NCBI GenBank assembly: GCA_047639475.1
Contig: JBLIOD010000010.1
Coordinates: 1,454 to 65,453 of the forward strand
Direction: 5' to 3'
From: Gammaproteobacteria bacterium
Lineage (GTDB): Bacteria > Pseudomonadota > Gammaproteobacteria > Arenicellales > Poriferihabitantaceae
DNA length: 64,000 bases
In this document: positions 39,297-49,487 of the stretch, in pieces
Numbering within the stretch: the stretch's first letter is position 1
How the letters are laid out: the number at the start of each line of letters is the position of its first letter
The notes under the pieces: model-generated
Database searches by the model: none
Told to the model about the DNA's origin: nothing
Seen by the model: only the letters and a program-made list of their open reading frames with translations
Made by a program: the position numbers and the translations under genes

Positions 39297-41330
39297 ATGG
39301 CTCGCAAGCGCTTGTTTAATTTATTCACGGCAACGATTTTGGCGTTCCTATTAAACGCCTGTAGTTCTACGCAAACTGAGCTCCCACCGGTTGACGTTAT
39401 AGAGCCCACCCCCCCTACTGAAACAATCGCACCCACCACTGAAGCACCAGAAGCTACCACCTCTGCTTTGGACGATGAAGTTCTCTCGGAACAGGCACTG
39501 GCTATTAAAGTCGACCCGTGGAAATTAGTTGAACAAGCTGACGCCCAAACCAATCTATCCGCAAAAAGCACACTGCTGTTTAAGGCCAGCAAAGTATTTT
39601 TAGACCAAGGTCATGTATCAACGGCTGAATCGGTGCTTTCGCAAGTTGATATACAAAACCTTAACCCCGACCAAGCTTACGAGTACCAACTTATCCGAGC
39701 GCAGTTTAAGTTTCTGTTTGGTGACACCTTGGCAGCACAGCAATTACTCCGAGCGCTTAGCGTCGCACCCATTACTACAAAGTTACAAGCAGATATCCTC
39801 GACTTACAAGCAGATATTCTTACCTCGCAGCTGCAATACGAGCAGGCCATTGAGTCCCGCTTATTATTGGGCGACTTATTAGCCGACGAAGCCGCTGACA
39901 CCAACCTAACCAAACTTTACGCCTTACTAAACCAGCTTAGCAAACCACAACTATATCAGTTAGAACGCAACGTGAACCACGCTGATCTAGCTGGCTGGAT
40001 AGAACTAGTCGAACAACGACGCGATGGCCACATGGATGATCACGCCTGGATTCGTTGGCAGCAACGGCACATTAGCCACCCTGTCAATCCCAGTCTGTTC
40101 ATAAACGACTCACAATCCATCGCGGCCAATATTTCTGCAAACAGTATTGCCTTGTTATTGCCACTCACCTCAGGCTTAGGACACGCCGCTGAAGCCTTTA
40201 GAGCAGGTTTTTTTGAAGCCGAGCGTGAAGCCACCGGGCAAAACCGCTCACGCGTTTACGATATTGGCGCAGAGTCTGACTTAAGTCCGCTTTATTATCG
40301 ATCTGCGATAAACGATGGCGCTGACTTCGTGGTCGGCCCGCTAGGGCGTCAAGCCGTTAAGGTGTTACACGAACAACCTAACTTGCCTGTACCCACGTTA
40401 TTGGTTGGCTTGCTACCGGAAAACAGCCCTCACCTAAACGCATGGGGCTTGGGCTTGTCTCCTGAGCAAGATGCCCAGGCCATAGCGGAAAAAGCCATTC
40501 AAAGCGGCCTCAAAAGCGCCGTAATATTGCGCAAAAATAATGCATGGGGAGAGCGAGTTGCCCTGGCTTTTAGCAAGGCATTCAGCGAAAAAGGCGGTTC
40601 TATAAAAGCTGAACAACGCTATTTACTTGATAACGAAGACATTGCTATCAGCGTTAAAAACGTTCTAACCATCAATGACAGTGAAATTCGCCATAAACGC
40701 TTAGAACAATTATTGGATCGCAGATTAGAACACAGCGTCCGCAGACGTGATGATGTTGATTTTGTGTTCGTTGCCACCTCGGCAGGAGATGCGCGTAAAA
40801 TTGTACCCCTATTAAAATTCTATCGAGCACATGACCTCCCTTTGTTCGCCACCTCTAGCGTGTTTTCTGGTAAATTCAATAAAATCAGCGACGCCGACCT
40901 AAACGGCCTGAGCTTTGTTGACTTACCCTGGCTTTTAAACGGCTTGGTCGATTCAGACTCTGACCTCAAGTTAAATCTCAACTCGGACCTAGACGAAGAG
41001 CTAAAACCAAACACGGATTCAAACACAAACCCCGACATCGCCACTGAAGCAGACCTAACCAGTAACACCCCTTTACTGGTGACAACCACGCAGGACATTC
41101 TAAAGTATGGGGGCTCAAGCTTAGATAGACTCTACGCTTTAGGCTACGCCGCTTACGAAGTCATCCCGCAAATGGCTCGCTTACAAGCTGACCCGTGGCA
41201 ACAATTTAAGGGCAAAACCATGAGCTTGCGCTTAGATCAACACCGCAACCTAAATCATGAGAGTACGTGGGCCAAATTCACGCAGGACGGTGTTAACGTC
41301 AGTGTCCATGATAAAGAAAGCCCTCAATAA
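39297..41330 (+). CDS. lpoA: Penicillin-binding protein activator LpoA (lipoprotein)
   Basis: Lipobox LNAC, IALLLPLTS, VVGPL, RRRDDVDFVF, DLNGLSFVDLPW, RLYALG; divergent from rsmI. Confidence 0.92.
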   Translation: MARKRLFNLFTATILAFLLNACSSTQTELPPVDVIEPTPPTETIAPTTEAPEATTSALDDEVLSEQALAIKVDPWKLVEQADAQTNLSAKSTLLFKASKVFLDQGHVSTAESVLSQVDIQNLNPDQAYEYQLIRAQFKFLFGDTLAAQQLLRALSVAPITTKLQADILDLQADILTSQLQYEQAIESRLLLGDLLADEAADTNLTKLYALLNQLSKPQLYQLERNVNHADLAGWIELVEQRRDGHMDDHAWIRWQQRHISHPVNPSLFINDSQSIAANISANSIALLLPLTSGLGHAAEAFRAGFFEAEREATGQNRSRVYDIGAESDLSPLYYRSAINDGADFVVGPLGRQAVKVLHEQPNLPVPTLLVGLLPENSPHLNAWGLGLSPEQDAQAIAEKAIQSGLKSAVILRKNNAWGERVALAFSKAFSEKGGSIKAEQRYLLDNEDIAISVKNVLTINDSEIRHKRLEQLLDRRLEHSVRRRDDVDFVFVATSAGDARKIVPLLKFYRAHDLPLFATSSVFSGKFNKISDADLNGLSFVDLPWLLNGLVDSDSDLKLNLNSDLDEELKPNTDSNTNPDIATEADLTSNTPLLVTTTQDILKYGGSSLDRLYALGYAAYEVIPQMARLQADPWQQFKGKTMSLRLDQHRNLNHESTWAKFTQDGVNVSVHDKESPQ

Positions 41331-41718
41331 AATACTGCGCCCCGCTGGTTTCGACACCACACTAACAACCCGAGAGATTGGGCAAAACACGGAGCAACTT
41401 GCCAAAGCCTATCTAGTAGAGAAAGGACTAAAGGTACATACCCAGAATTATCGATGCCAACACGGGGAGATCGACTTAATTATGCGAGATGCAGATTGTT
41501 GGACGTTCATCGAAGTTCGTTATCGTAATAGTGTTCAGTTTGGCGGCGGAATTGAAAGTGTAGATTCGCGCAAACAGAAAAAACTTATTCGCACGGCCGA
41601 ACATTTTATGCTCACCCACACCGACGAATTCGATTCTTGTCGATTTGACGTAATAGCCATGAGCGGCCCGCTAAAACGGGTTAAAATCGAGTGGATACAA
41701 GACGCTTTTGTCAGTTGA
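41308..41718 (+). CDS. yraN: YraN family protein
   Basis: NYRCQHGEIDLIM, FIEVRYR, CRFDV. Confidence 0.95.
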   Translation: MIKKALNKILRPAGFDTTLTTREIGQNTEQLAKAYLVEKGLKVHTQNYRCQHGEIDLIMRDADCWTFIEVRYRNSVQFGGGIESVDSRKQKKLIRTAEHFMLTHTDEFDSCRFDVIAMSGPLKRVKIEWIQDAFVS

Positions 41719-41748
41719 ATTTGACCCCTTAAAAACAGCCCTTAGAAG

Positions 41749-42333
41749 ATGAGTCCGGATACGCGCATAACCCAACACTTTGACCGCAGCATTGCGGCGC
41801 TCACCGCTTCACTGCCTGCGTTACAAGCCGACATTGCGTTGGCAGCAATGGCATTGGTAGATTGCATTAACAGCGGCGGCAAAATATTAATTTGCGGTAA
41901 TGGCGGCTCAGCCTGTGACTCATTGCATTTTTCAGGTGAGCTATTAAACAAAATGGACATGGAGCGCCGCCCACTCCCAGCCATGAGCTTAAGCGCTGAC
42001 GTTTCCACCATCACCTCAATCGGCAACGATTACAGTTATGATGAAGTATTTAGTAAACAAGTTGAGGCGCTAGGTAATCCGAACGACATTCTCGTTGCGT
42101 TTAGCACCTCGGGGGAATCAGCAAATATCTTGGCGGCCATCAACGCCGCTCATAATAAACAAATGCGGTGCATTTTTCTAAACGGTAAATCGGGCGGCAA
42201 GATGACCACACTAAAGCAAACCAACGACATAGAACTGCGCGTACCTAACAACGAAACTGCGCGCATCCAAGAAGTACACGGCCTTATTATTCACTGCCTG
42301 TGTGATTTAATTGATCATCATTTATTCGGATAA
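41749..42333 (+). CDS. gmhA: Phosphoheptose isomerase / DiaA-like SIS protein
   Basis: CGNGGSA, NDYSYDEVFSKQ, STSG, ARIQEVH. Confidence 0.9.
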   Translation: MSPDTRITQHFDRSIAALTASLPALQADIALAAMALVDCINSGGKILICGNGGSACDSLHFSGELLNKMDMERRPLPAMSLSADVSTITSIGNDYSYDEVFSKQVEALGNPNDILVAFSTSGESANILAAINAAHNKQMRCIFLNGKSGGKMTTLKQTNDIELRVPNNETARIQEVHGLIIHCLCDLIDHHLFG

Positions 42334-42338
42334 GCCTT

Positions 42339-42938
42339 ATGAGCAATCAACCAAGTCAGCTAAGAAATTTAATTCGCAACTCAATTCTTGCGAGTTCGAT
42401 CGCCCTTTTAAGTGCCTGCATACCTGCGGCAATTGGCGTCATTAGCGTTACCGCCATCGATTTGATCAAAGAACGTCGCACCATGGGCACCATCATTGAC
42501 GACAATTTAGCAGAAGCTAGCATTAAAGGCAGCATTCTTAAGGACAAAAGCATGCGTCCTGGGGTTCATATCAGCGTCACCGCCTTAAATGGGGTGGTAT
42601 TACTTTCTGGCGAAGTCACCAGTGAAACACAAAAAGCGCACGCAGAAGATATTGCCAACAGTTATCAAGGCGTGGCCCAAGTGGTTAACCAGCTTGAAAT
42701 TGCCGGCACCAGTAGCTTAACCAGTCGCGCCAATGACACCCTCATAACCGCTAAAGTTAAAACGGAACTCGTTCGCAGCAAAGACGTTGATTCAACCAAC
42801 ATCAAAGTAGTGACCGAGCGCGGCGTGGTTCATCTGCTGGGCATCGTAACGCCTATTGAAGGTGAAACGGCAGTTGCACTGGCAAAGAATGTCAGCGGCG
42901 TAACTCGCATCATTAAAGTATTTATGCCGCCTGTTTAA
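42339..42938 (+). CDS. Dual BON-domain lipoprotein (DolP/YraP-like)
   Basis: Lipobox LSAC, RRTMGTIIDD, two BON domains. Confidence 0.92.
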   Translation: MSNQPSQLRNLIRNSILASSIALLSACIPAAIGVISVTAIDLIKERRTMGTIIDDNLAEASIKGSILKDKSMRPGVHISVTALNGVVLLSGEVTSETQKAHAEDIANSYQGVAQVVNQLEIAGTSSLTSRANDTLITAKVKTELVRSKDVDSTNIKVVTERGVVHLLGIVTPIEGETAVALAKNVSGVTRIIKVFMPPV

Positions 42939-42945
42939 ACACCCC

Positions 42946-43431
42946 ATGAAAAGTGATCACGCCAAGAAAATCTTGGCTCAGCCAAGCGACCTTATAAGCT
43001 GGCTGAAGCAAACTGCCAGACCATTGGTATTTACTAACGGTTGTTTTGATTTACTGCATCGTGGCCACATCACTTATCTGGAAGAAGCGGCAGCATTAGG
43101 CGATAGACTGATTGTTGCGCTTAATAGCGATGATTCTGTACGTCGCTTAAATAAAGGCCCCGAGCGACCTTTGAACTCTTTAGAAGACAGAATGGCGGTG
43201 ATTGCGGCATTGCACTGCGTCGACGCAGTGTGTTCTTTTGACACTGACACACCGCTTGATCTCATCACACAAATTTGCCCCGATCACTTGGTTAAAGGAG
43301 GCGATTGGCCGGTTGAGGCCATCGTTGGCTATGAATTGGTTACCGCGCAAGGCGGTCAGACGCATTCACTCACGTTCAAACACCCCAACTCAACCACCAA
43401 ATTGGTTAACAAGATTCTCACCTCAGGCTAA
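42946..43431 (+). CDS. rfaE2: D-glycero-beta-D-manno-heptose 1-phosphate adenylyltransferase
   Basis: VFTNGCFDLLHRGH, NSDDSV, LVKGGDW, STT. Confidence 0.93.
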   Translation: MKSDHAKKILAQPSDLISWLKQTARPLVFTNGCFDLLHRGHITYLEEAAALGDRLIVALNSDDSVRRLNKGPERPLNSLEDRMAVIAALHCVDAVCSFDTDTPLDLITQICPDHLVKGGDWPVEAIVGYELVTAQGGQTHSLTFKHPNSTTKLVNKILTSG

Positions 43432-43520
43432 ATCTTTTCCGGCATAAGTCTCGTTGATTAAGCAACAGCCACCCAATGCGCTGCTCCCTAGTGGCTATCC
43501 ACACGTTTAATCCCAACCAT

Positions 43521-43547
43521 GAACCAACCCGGTTTAGCGCTGTCGAA
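43521..43547 (+). promoter_or_regulatory. Possible ECF-sigma promoter
   Basis: GAACC-N16-GTCGAA just upstream of the TPR gene. Confidence 0.3.
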
Positions 43548-43565
43548 TGGCAATCTTAACTAACA

Positions 43566-44057
43566 ATGTGTGCTCGCACGAAAACCAACCTTTCACTGAT
43601 TTTCATGATCCTCCTGACATTTAATGCAAATCATTTATTTGCCGCTGGCAGTAGTGAGCCTGCAGTAGAAGCGGAAGCTTTATCTCATAAAATTGTTGCC
43701 ACTGTGAAGGCCGGAGAATACCAAAAAGCCATTTCTGAGTTCCGCTCCTTTATCAAGACAGAGAAAAACAACGCCAATGCATGGAATTGGTTGGGTTATA
43801 GCGAACGCAAAAACGGCAACTACAAAGCGTCACTGAAAGCGTATAAGAAAGCCTTAAAGATAGATAAAAAACACTTGCGCGCGAATGAGTACCTTGGTGA
43901 ACTTTACCTTAGCACTAATAAGCCAAGGTTAGTCAAAAAGCAACTTAAGCGCCTAGCAAAGTATTGCGGCGAATGCGAGGAGTACCACCTACTTTCAGCT
44001 TCAATAGCGTCATACAACGATAGCGACAAAACCCACGAAGAAGAGCACGACTACTAG
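43566..44057 (+). CDS. Periplasmic TPR-repeat protein
   Basis: Signal peptide; TPRs ANAWNWLGYSERK..Y..AL and ANEYLGELYL; CxxCEEY end. Confidence 0.85.
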   Translation: MCARTKTNLSLIFMILLTFNANHLFAAGSSEPAVEAEALSHKIVATVKAGEYQKAISEFRSFIKTEKNNANAWNWLGYSERKNGNYKASLKAYKKALKIDKKHLRANEYLGELYLSTNKPRLVKKQLKRLAKYCGECEEYHLLSASIASYNDSDKTHEEEHDY

Positions 44058-44112
44058 ATCAAGAAAGCAAGCTTCCAACAAAGTCGATTCCCAGGCCAAC
44101 TAAACACTGCAC

Positions 44113-44136
44113 TAGCTTTAGCTTTAGCTTTAGCTT
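44113..44136. repeat. Hexamer tandem repeat (TAGCTT)x4
   Basis: Seen directly; overlaps the glutaredoxin stop codon. Confidence 0.85.
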
Positions 44137-44387
44137 GCAAATTCGGCGATCAAATAGTTGGCTATATCAATCGATTCTGGCAGCCATTTTGATTGACCTT
44201 GCTCATCAACGATTCTCAGTACGGGCACCGCCCCCCTGCCAGTGGCGGCTTCTAACTCGTCGTAACTGGCGTCATCTTCCCAAATGTCGCGGAGTTCGAT
44301 CTCGATGTTTAATTTTTTGATCACGCCTTCGACCCGACCACAAAAGCCACAATAGTCTCGACGATACAGGATATGTTGTTTCTTCAT
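44130..44387 (-). CDS. Glutaredoxin-like protein
   Basis: CGFC, TGRGAVPVLRI, WLPESIDI. Confidence 0.9.
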   Translation of the reverse strand: MKKQHILYRRDYCGFCGRVEGVIKKLNIEIELRDIWEDDASYDELEAATGRGAVPVLRIVDEQGQSKWLPESIDIANYLIAEFAS

Positions 44388-44403
44388 AGTGCCAAACAAA
44401 AGG

Positions 44404-44952
44404 TTACAGTAAGCCGCTGGCGGCCAAATTCAGACTAAGCACCTCGGCGTTAACTAACCGACTCGCCGTAAAGCTTTCTGTCATTTCCAAAGCGAATTTA
44501 AATGGCCCACTTGGCCTATAGTATTGTGGCTGGCCCTCGGTATTCGCTTCAGGTGACATCCACAACTTATCCACTAAACCGCCTTGTGCGTCAAAAAATA
44601 TGATATTCAACGGCACGTAGACATTACGCATATGAAAAGCAGTATCAATCTCTCCCGAAAAGGGGAATAATATCGCAGTGTTTTCTGCTTGTTTCGGGCA
44701 AACCCACTGGTAACCTGCGCGGCGTTCATCGCTTTCGTCGGCCATGCCCACTGGCAATGTAATATTTTGCTCAGCGCCTAGTTGTAAAACCAAATCCTGC
44801 TGGTGCATTCCCACCCATTCGGCAGGATCTATCCGGCAACCTCTGTTTGGGTCTTCTTGCACAGAAATAATCTGCGCGTGTGTTGCGCAGCTAGCTGCCA
44901 AAAATGCACTCACTATCCATTTCGAAATCATACTGGTTCTGTCAAATATCAT
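44404..44952 (-). CDS. DUF192 domain protein
   Basis: MAD...RRAGYQ, FHMRNVYVPLNIIFFD, FALE. Confidence 0.85.
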   Translation of the reverse strand: MIFDRTSMISKWIVSAFLAASCATHAQIISVQEDPNRGCRIDPAEWVGMHQQDLVLQLGAEQNITLPVGMADESDERRAGYQWVCPKQAENTAILFPFSGEIDTAFHMRNVYVPLNIIFFDAQGGLVDKLWMSPEANTEGQPQYYRPSGPFKFALEMTESFTASRLVNAEVLSLNLAASGLL

Positions 44953-45272
44953 GATATTCCTGCCTAGGTAGAGTTAGCCGTGACACAGCTGAATGCTTTA
45001 CCTACTATTTTACACTGGAAAAGTCGCGCAGTACTGTTTGATGCCGCCTTTTCCTTTGGCTTACCACTCCCCTATTCGTCTTCTAATTTACGGCATTTGC
45101 GTGGATTATGATTTCTAAAGTTTGCTTCTGAACAGCCATCGTTTGCAGTTGATAACGCGTTCGAAAGTGTCGGTTTTGAGGATTGAAGCAAAGTAGGCCC
45201 TCGCGATTAATAATGCATTGTTACATTGTGAGGTTATAAAACCTCTAACACCACCCCAAAAAGCATCAGAAT

Positions 45273-46125
45273 ATGAAATCTAATAATAAGCGGATAACCT
45301 CTTAAAACCCTTTCCAATTGCTCGTTCAATCGTTACTTTTCGCACTGACATTAGCCAGCACTGACTGCATTAGGACTAACTCCCCTAATACGACTGTGAC
45401 AGCGGCGCCCGGCAGAAACAGCGTTATATTGGATGCGAGGGGTAACTCAATATTTCCTGGCTCTGAGGTATTGTCTAGCGGCGCCAACTGCACAGTGACG
45501 GTTGATGTCATCGCAACGACCGCGGAAATGCTTCACAATTTTTCTGGCGAGCTATTATCTGATGACTTCGCGAGCGGCAAAGCCAATGCGACCCTAGAAG
45601 TCACGCGCACCGACTTAGCCATCACCAAGTCGTTTACCGACGACCCTGTCGCCCCCGGCAGTTCGGCCACATTAGAGTTTGTCATTTCTAATTTTGATCG
45701 AAGCCATTCTGCTTCTAATGTCTCCTTTAAAGATGATTTAACCGCGTTGGTTCCAGCCTAATGGGGCTAAGCTTTGGCAGCTTGATATCGAATGATTGCG
45801 GCATTGGTTCTATGGTATTAGGGATGGGAAGTGCTAGCATCTCACTGAACAGCGGCACTATTGGCGCTGAGTCGTTTTGTACAATACGTGTTAGCTTAAC
45901 TGTTCCGGGGACTGCAGCGAGTGGCGCTTACACCAATACCACCGATGTCATCACCGCCACGATTGATGGCTCTCCTACCATCGGGAATATGCCTAGCGAC
46001 GACTTGTATGTAGACACCAGCCCTATAATCACCAAAACCTTCTTAGACAACCCGGTCAATACAGGCGACACCACTGAGCTTGAGTTCACCATTACCAATG
46101 TCAGCGCTACAACAACAGCGATGAA
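45273..46125 (+). pseudogene. Remnant of a large secreted repeat protein (DUF11-like Ig repeats)
   Basis: ATG at 45273 with an early in-frame TAA, then a signal-like segment. Repeats ITKSFTDDPVAPG..ATLEFVISN and ITKTFLDNPVNTG.TTELEFTITN. Break at 45761; truncated at the mutM 3' end. Confidence 0.75.
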
Positions 46126-46139
46126 AACCCATAGCCACA

Positions 46140-46958
46140 CTATTTCTGACAGCTGCTGCAATAGTAAGTCGCTCTTTGCCCCTGAATTATTTTTGTCACT
46201 TGTCCAGTTTTACAATTTAAACAAGGTTGGTTCGCTCGATCATAAACTGCCAGCGCCTGTTTAAAATAACCCGGCTTACCATCGCTATTGGTAAAGTCTT
46301 TTAATGTGGTACCGCCAGCCTCTATCGCTTGCTTCAACACCTGTTGAATGACGTCTACAAACAGCACCATACGTTTTAGTGATATTTTATCTGCTGAACG
46401 CAGGGGAGAGATGCCCGCAATATGCAACGCTTCACTGGCGTAGATGTTGCCAACGCCTACCACCACCTGCTGACTCATGATGAATTGTTTGATTGCGGTA
46501 TTTCTTCCTTTTGCGGCTGTATGCAAATAAGCGCCCGTGAACTCAGCACTCAGCGGCTCTTGACCCAAGCTAGCCAGTAGCTTGTGCGTGGCTGCGTTTT
46601 CACTCCACAAAAAACTGCCAAAGCGCCTAGGATCGTTATATCTTAGGCAATAGCCACTATCCAAAATCAGATCAAAATGGTCGTGCTTTTTGAGTTCCTG
46701 CTGATCAGGCTTGACGATACGTACCGAGCCCGACATACCCAGATGCAACAGTAATGTACCCACATCAAGATCAATCAAGATGTATTTTGCACGCCGTTTC
46801 ACTGCGGAAATAGTCTGCCCAGCAATTTGTTGTTCTAAGCCCGCAGGCACGGGCCAGCGAAGGCGGCGATCTCGCACGGTTAGCTGAGCAATTTCGTGCC
46901 CTACTAAAAACGGTTCAATGCCGCGTCGCGCCGTTTCGACTTCAGGTAATTCGGGCAT
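46140..46958 (-). CDS. mutM: Formamidopyrimidine-DNA glycosylase
   Basis: MPELPEVE, HLGMSG, GVGNIYASE, C-terminal Zn finger. Confidence 0.99.
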   Translation of the reverse strand: MPELPEVETARRGIEPFLVGHEIAQLTVRDRRLRWPVPAGLEQQIAGQTISAVKRRAKYILIDLDVGTLLLHLGMSGSVRIVKPDQQELKKHDHFDLILDSGYCLRYNDPRRFGSFLWSENAATHKLLASLGQEPLSAEFTGAYLHTAAKGRNTAIKQFIMSQQVVVGVGNIYASEALHIAGISPLRSADKISLKRMVLFVDVIQQVLKQAIEAGGTTLKDFTNSDGKPGYFKQALAVYDRANQPCLNCKTGQVTKIIQGQRATYYCSSCQK

Positions 46959-47066
46959 AAAATACGCTATGAGTGGAGAATAAAAAATGGGATGATCGTG
47001 ACAAAATCAATGCGCTGGGAAAAAAACTAAACTAAAATTGCGCGCTATTTCGTCGAGCTTCAAATT

Positions 47067-48092
47067 ATGACACACACTATCACCAACGAGCAAAATCAAT
47101 CGAGTTACATAGCCAACGAAGGAGAGAGTATCTTGGCCGCAGCACTACGAAACGGACATATGTACTCCTACGGTTGCCAATCAGGCGTATGCGGTGCCTG
47201 CAAAGCCACTGTGGTTAGTGGTGAAATTGATTACGGTAACAGCGATCCAAGCACCCTGACTGAAGCCGATAAATCCGCCGGTCAGTGTTTGTTATGCCAA
47301 GGCATCCCACTGAGCGATGTGGTTATTAGCGTAAAAGAAATAGAAGTGGCTAACAGCATTGAAATCAAAACAATGCCGACCCGAGTTTCACAGAAAATTC
47401 TCTTAGCACCCGATGTGGTACAGCTATTTTTAACTCTGCCGAAAACCCAAACCTTAAATTTTCTGCCAGGCCAATATCTACAAATTCAATTGAAGGACGG
47501 CAAACACCGTAGTTTTTCTATCGGTAACAACGTAACCTCTGCCAAAGAGAATGGACTTGAGTTACATATTAGAATTGTTCCTGATGGTCATTACTCCCCC
47601 TTCGTGCTGGAGCACCTTAACGTAAAAGATATTCTGCGGATCCAAGCTCCGTTCGGCACCTACTTTCTGCGAACTGACGAGAGCCGCCCTATTATCATGG
47701 TCGCCGGCGGCACCGGCTTTGCCCCTATAAAAGGCTTAATAGAAGAAGCGATTGAAATCGGTCATGGTCAACCCATTCACTTATTTTGGGGTGCTCGCGC
47801 TAAAGCCGATTTGTATTTGGATGATTTGGCAATACAATGGGCGCAAGACCATGACTTTATAAGCTATACCCCCGTACTATCAGGTGTGACAGAGGACGAC
47901 AGTTGGCAAGGGGAAACGGGTTTTGTTCATGAAGCCGTTGCGCGCGCCTACGATGACGTAAGCGATTACAGTGTTTATGCAAGCGGCCCGCCCATTATGA
48001 CGGACTCTGTTTTGGGCGCCTTGAAAAGCAAAAACCTAAATACTGATTTTTACCATTCAGATGCGTTTGATTATGCTGCTGTTAGCGAATAA
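47067..48092 (+). CDS. 2Fe-2S ferredoxin-NAD(P)H oxidoreductase (CDP-6-deoxy-delta-3,4-glucoseen reductase-like)
   Basis: YGCQSGVCGAC..C, RSFSI, AGGTGFAP, YASGPP. Confidence 0.9.
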   Translation: MTHTITNEQNQSSYIANEGESILAAALRNGHMYSYGCQSGVCGACKATVVSGEIDYGNSDPSTLTEADKSAGQCLLCQGIPLSDVVISVKEIEVANSIEIKTMPTRVSQKILLAPDVVQLFLTLPKTQTLNFLPGQYLQIQLKDGKHRSFSIGNNVTSAKENGLELHIRIVPDGHYSPFVLEHLNVKDILRIQAPFGTYFLRTDESRPIIMVAGGTGFAPIKGLIEEAIEIGHGQPIHLFWGARAKADLYLDDLAIQWAQDHDFISYTPVLSGVTEDDSWQGETGFVHEAVARAYDDVSDYSVYASGPPIMTDSVLGALKSKNLNTDFYHSDAFDYAAVSE

Positions 48093-48113
48093 GCGGCGCA
48101 GTTAACCGCCGCT
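48092..48113. terminator. Hairpin between convergent genes
   Basis: AGCGGCG-N8-CGCCGCT. Confidence 0.45.
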
Positions 48114-48140
48114 AGATCGGGCCATAAGCTAAGCTAAAGA

Positions 48141-49484
48141 CTAAGGTTTTTTAACAATCTCGGCTTCAATCACTTCAATGGCCTTAGTCGCTTTTGAAGC
48201 GTTTGCTACACCCAAGCGTTGGTCATCTTCCCCCATGCCTGGCGTGACTACAGAATCTAACCTGGCAACTGAACCTAAGCCATGAGGCGCTGCCAACGCC
48301 GGCGCCAGCGTGGTTACAGACTGTAAACCCTTTTTGTAATAGCTCAGCGCTGCGACGTCGTCACCCTGCTCTTCAAAGTAAGCACCTAACTCATAGAACG
48401 CTTCATAACCCGCACCGAGTTTGATGGCTTTCTCATAATACCCTTTGGCTTTTTCAACTTGGTTATTGGCCATGTTTAACCGTGCCAAACTTAAGTGAAC
48501 CATTGCATCGTCTTCGTGCTTTGACAACCAGGTGGTGGCCAAATTAATTTGTGCCCGCATATCCCTCGAACGGGTTTTGCCATACAAACCCGCTAATTCG
48601 GTAGTCCATCTCTTGCTTATCGCTTTGCGGATAATCGCTTCAGCCGTTTTAAGGTCTCCTTCCTGAATCAGTTTTTTGGCATACATGGTTGCCATGGTAG
48701 CGTCAGTTTTACGCTTCCGCGGCAGCGCTTTGAATTCTTGCTCAGTGGTGACACCTGACTCATCTAAGGCATCCGTCATTTGAGATTCTCGCGCAAGCAG
48801 GTCTAGCTCACAGAGTTGATCATGTCCGATTGCTTTACATTTTTCCAACTTAGGCAACAAGCTCGATAATGCCGTCCAGTCTTCGGTATTTTTATAAACA
48901 TCAGACATTAACCGTAGTACAGTTTTATTCGCCGGCGCCAGCTTGTGCATAGAGTCTATCAAAGTCTTAGCAGCGCCGTAATCTCCAGCCTGGGTCAACA
49001 TGCGCGCACGAGTCAGGTCGACGGCCATTCTATTTGCTGGATCACTCTTTTCCGCTAAGGCCAAATATCGATCACGTTTGATAAAATCTTGGCGTTGTTG
49101 AGCGGCATAAGCCACCCCCAGATAATTTAGTAACGGTGTTTGACAGTGATCTAAGCGCTTAATCAGGTCTTTCTCACCGCCATCCCAATCGCCTTCAATT
49201 AAACGTGCATAGCCGCGTAAAGTGTCATTTTGGGCATTTTTACCTTGACGCTCCTTGTTCCATTGCTTGGCTTTTTTAGGCGCACGAAAAATACTGAATA
49301 GCCAGCCGCATACTAAGTATAGAACAGCAAATGCGGCGACTAAGGCGACGACAAATAAGGGTAATTGAATATCTATTATCTGGTCGCCAAAGAAGACCCT
49401 AACTAAATCTGTACCCTCAAGCGTTCTGTCACCAAACCAAATACCAAATACTAGCGCGACAACAACAATAGTTAATAATTTCAT
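48141..49484 (-). CDS. hemY: HemY-family TPR membrane protein
   Basis: HemY_N-like TM N-terminus, EGDW..GEK.L, TPRs; downstream of hemX. Confidence 0.85.
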   Translation of the reverse strand: MKLLTIVVVALVFGIWFGDRTLEGTDLVRVFFGDQIIDIQLPLFVVALVAAFAVLYLVCGWLFSIFRAPKKAKQWNKERQGKNAQNDTLRGYARLIEGDWDGGEKDLIKRLDHCQTPLLNYLGVAYAAQQRQDFIKRDRYLALAEKSDPANRMAVDLTRARMLTQAGDYGAAKTLIDSMHKLAPANKTVLRLMSDVYKNTEDWTALSSLLPKLEKCKAIGHDQLCELDLLARESQMTDALDESGVTTEQEFKALPRKRKTDATMATMYAKKLIQEGDLKTAEAIIRKAISKRWTTELAGLYGKTRSRDMRAQINLATTWLSKHEDDAMVHLSLARLNMANNQVEKAKGYYEKAIKLGAGYEAFYELGAYFEEQGDDVAALSYYKKGLQSVTTLAPALAAPHGLGSVARLDSVVTPGMGEDDQRLGVANASKATKAIEVIEAEIVKKP

Positions 49485-49487
49485 TTT

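Noticed and set aside
44960-45240. Possible beta-propeller sensor remnant (EGLLCFNP-KTDTFER on the minus strand)
   Set aside because: Too short, and it needs an assumed frameshift.
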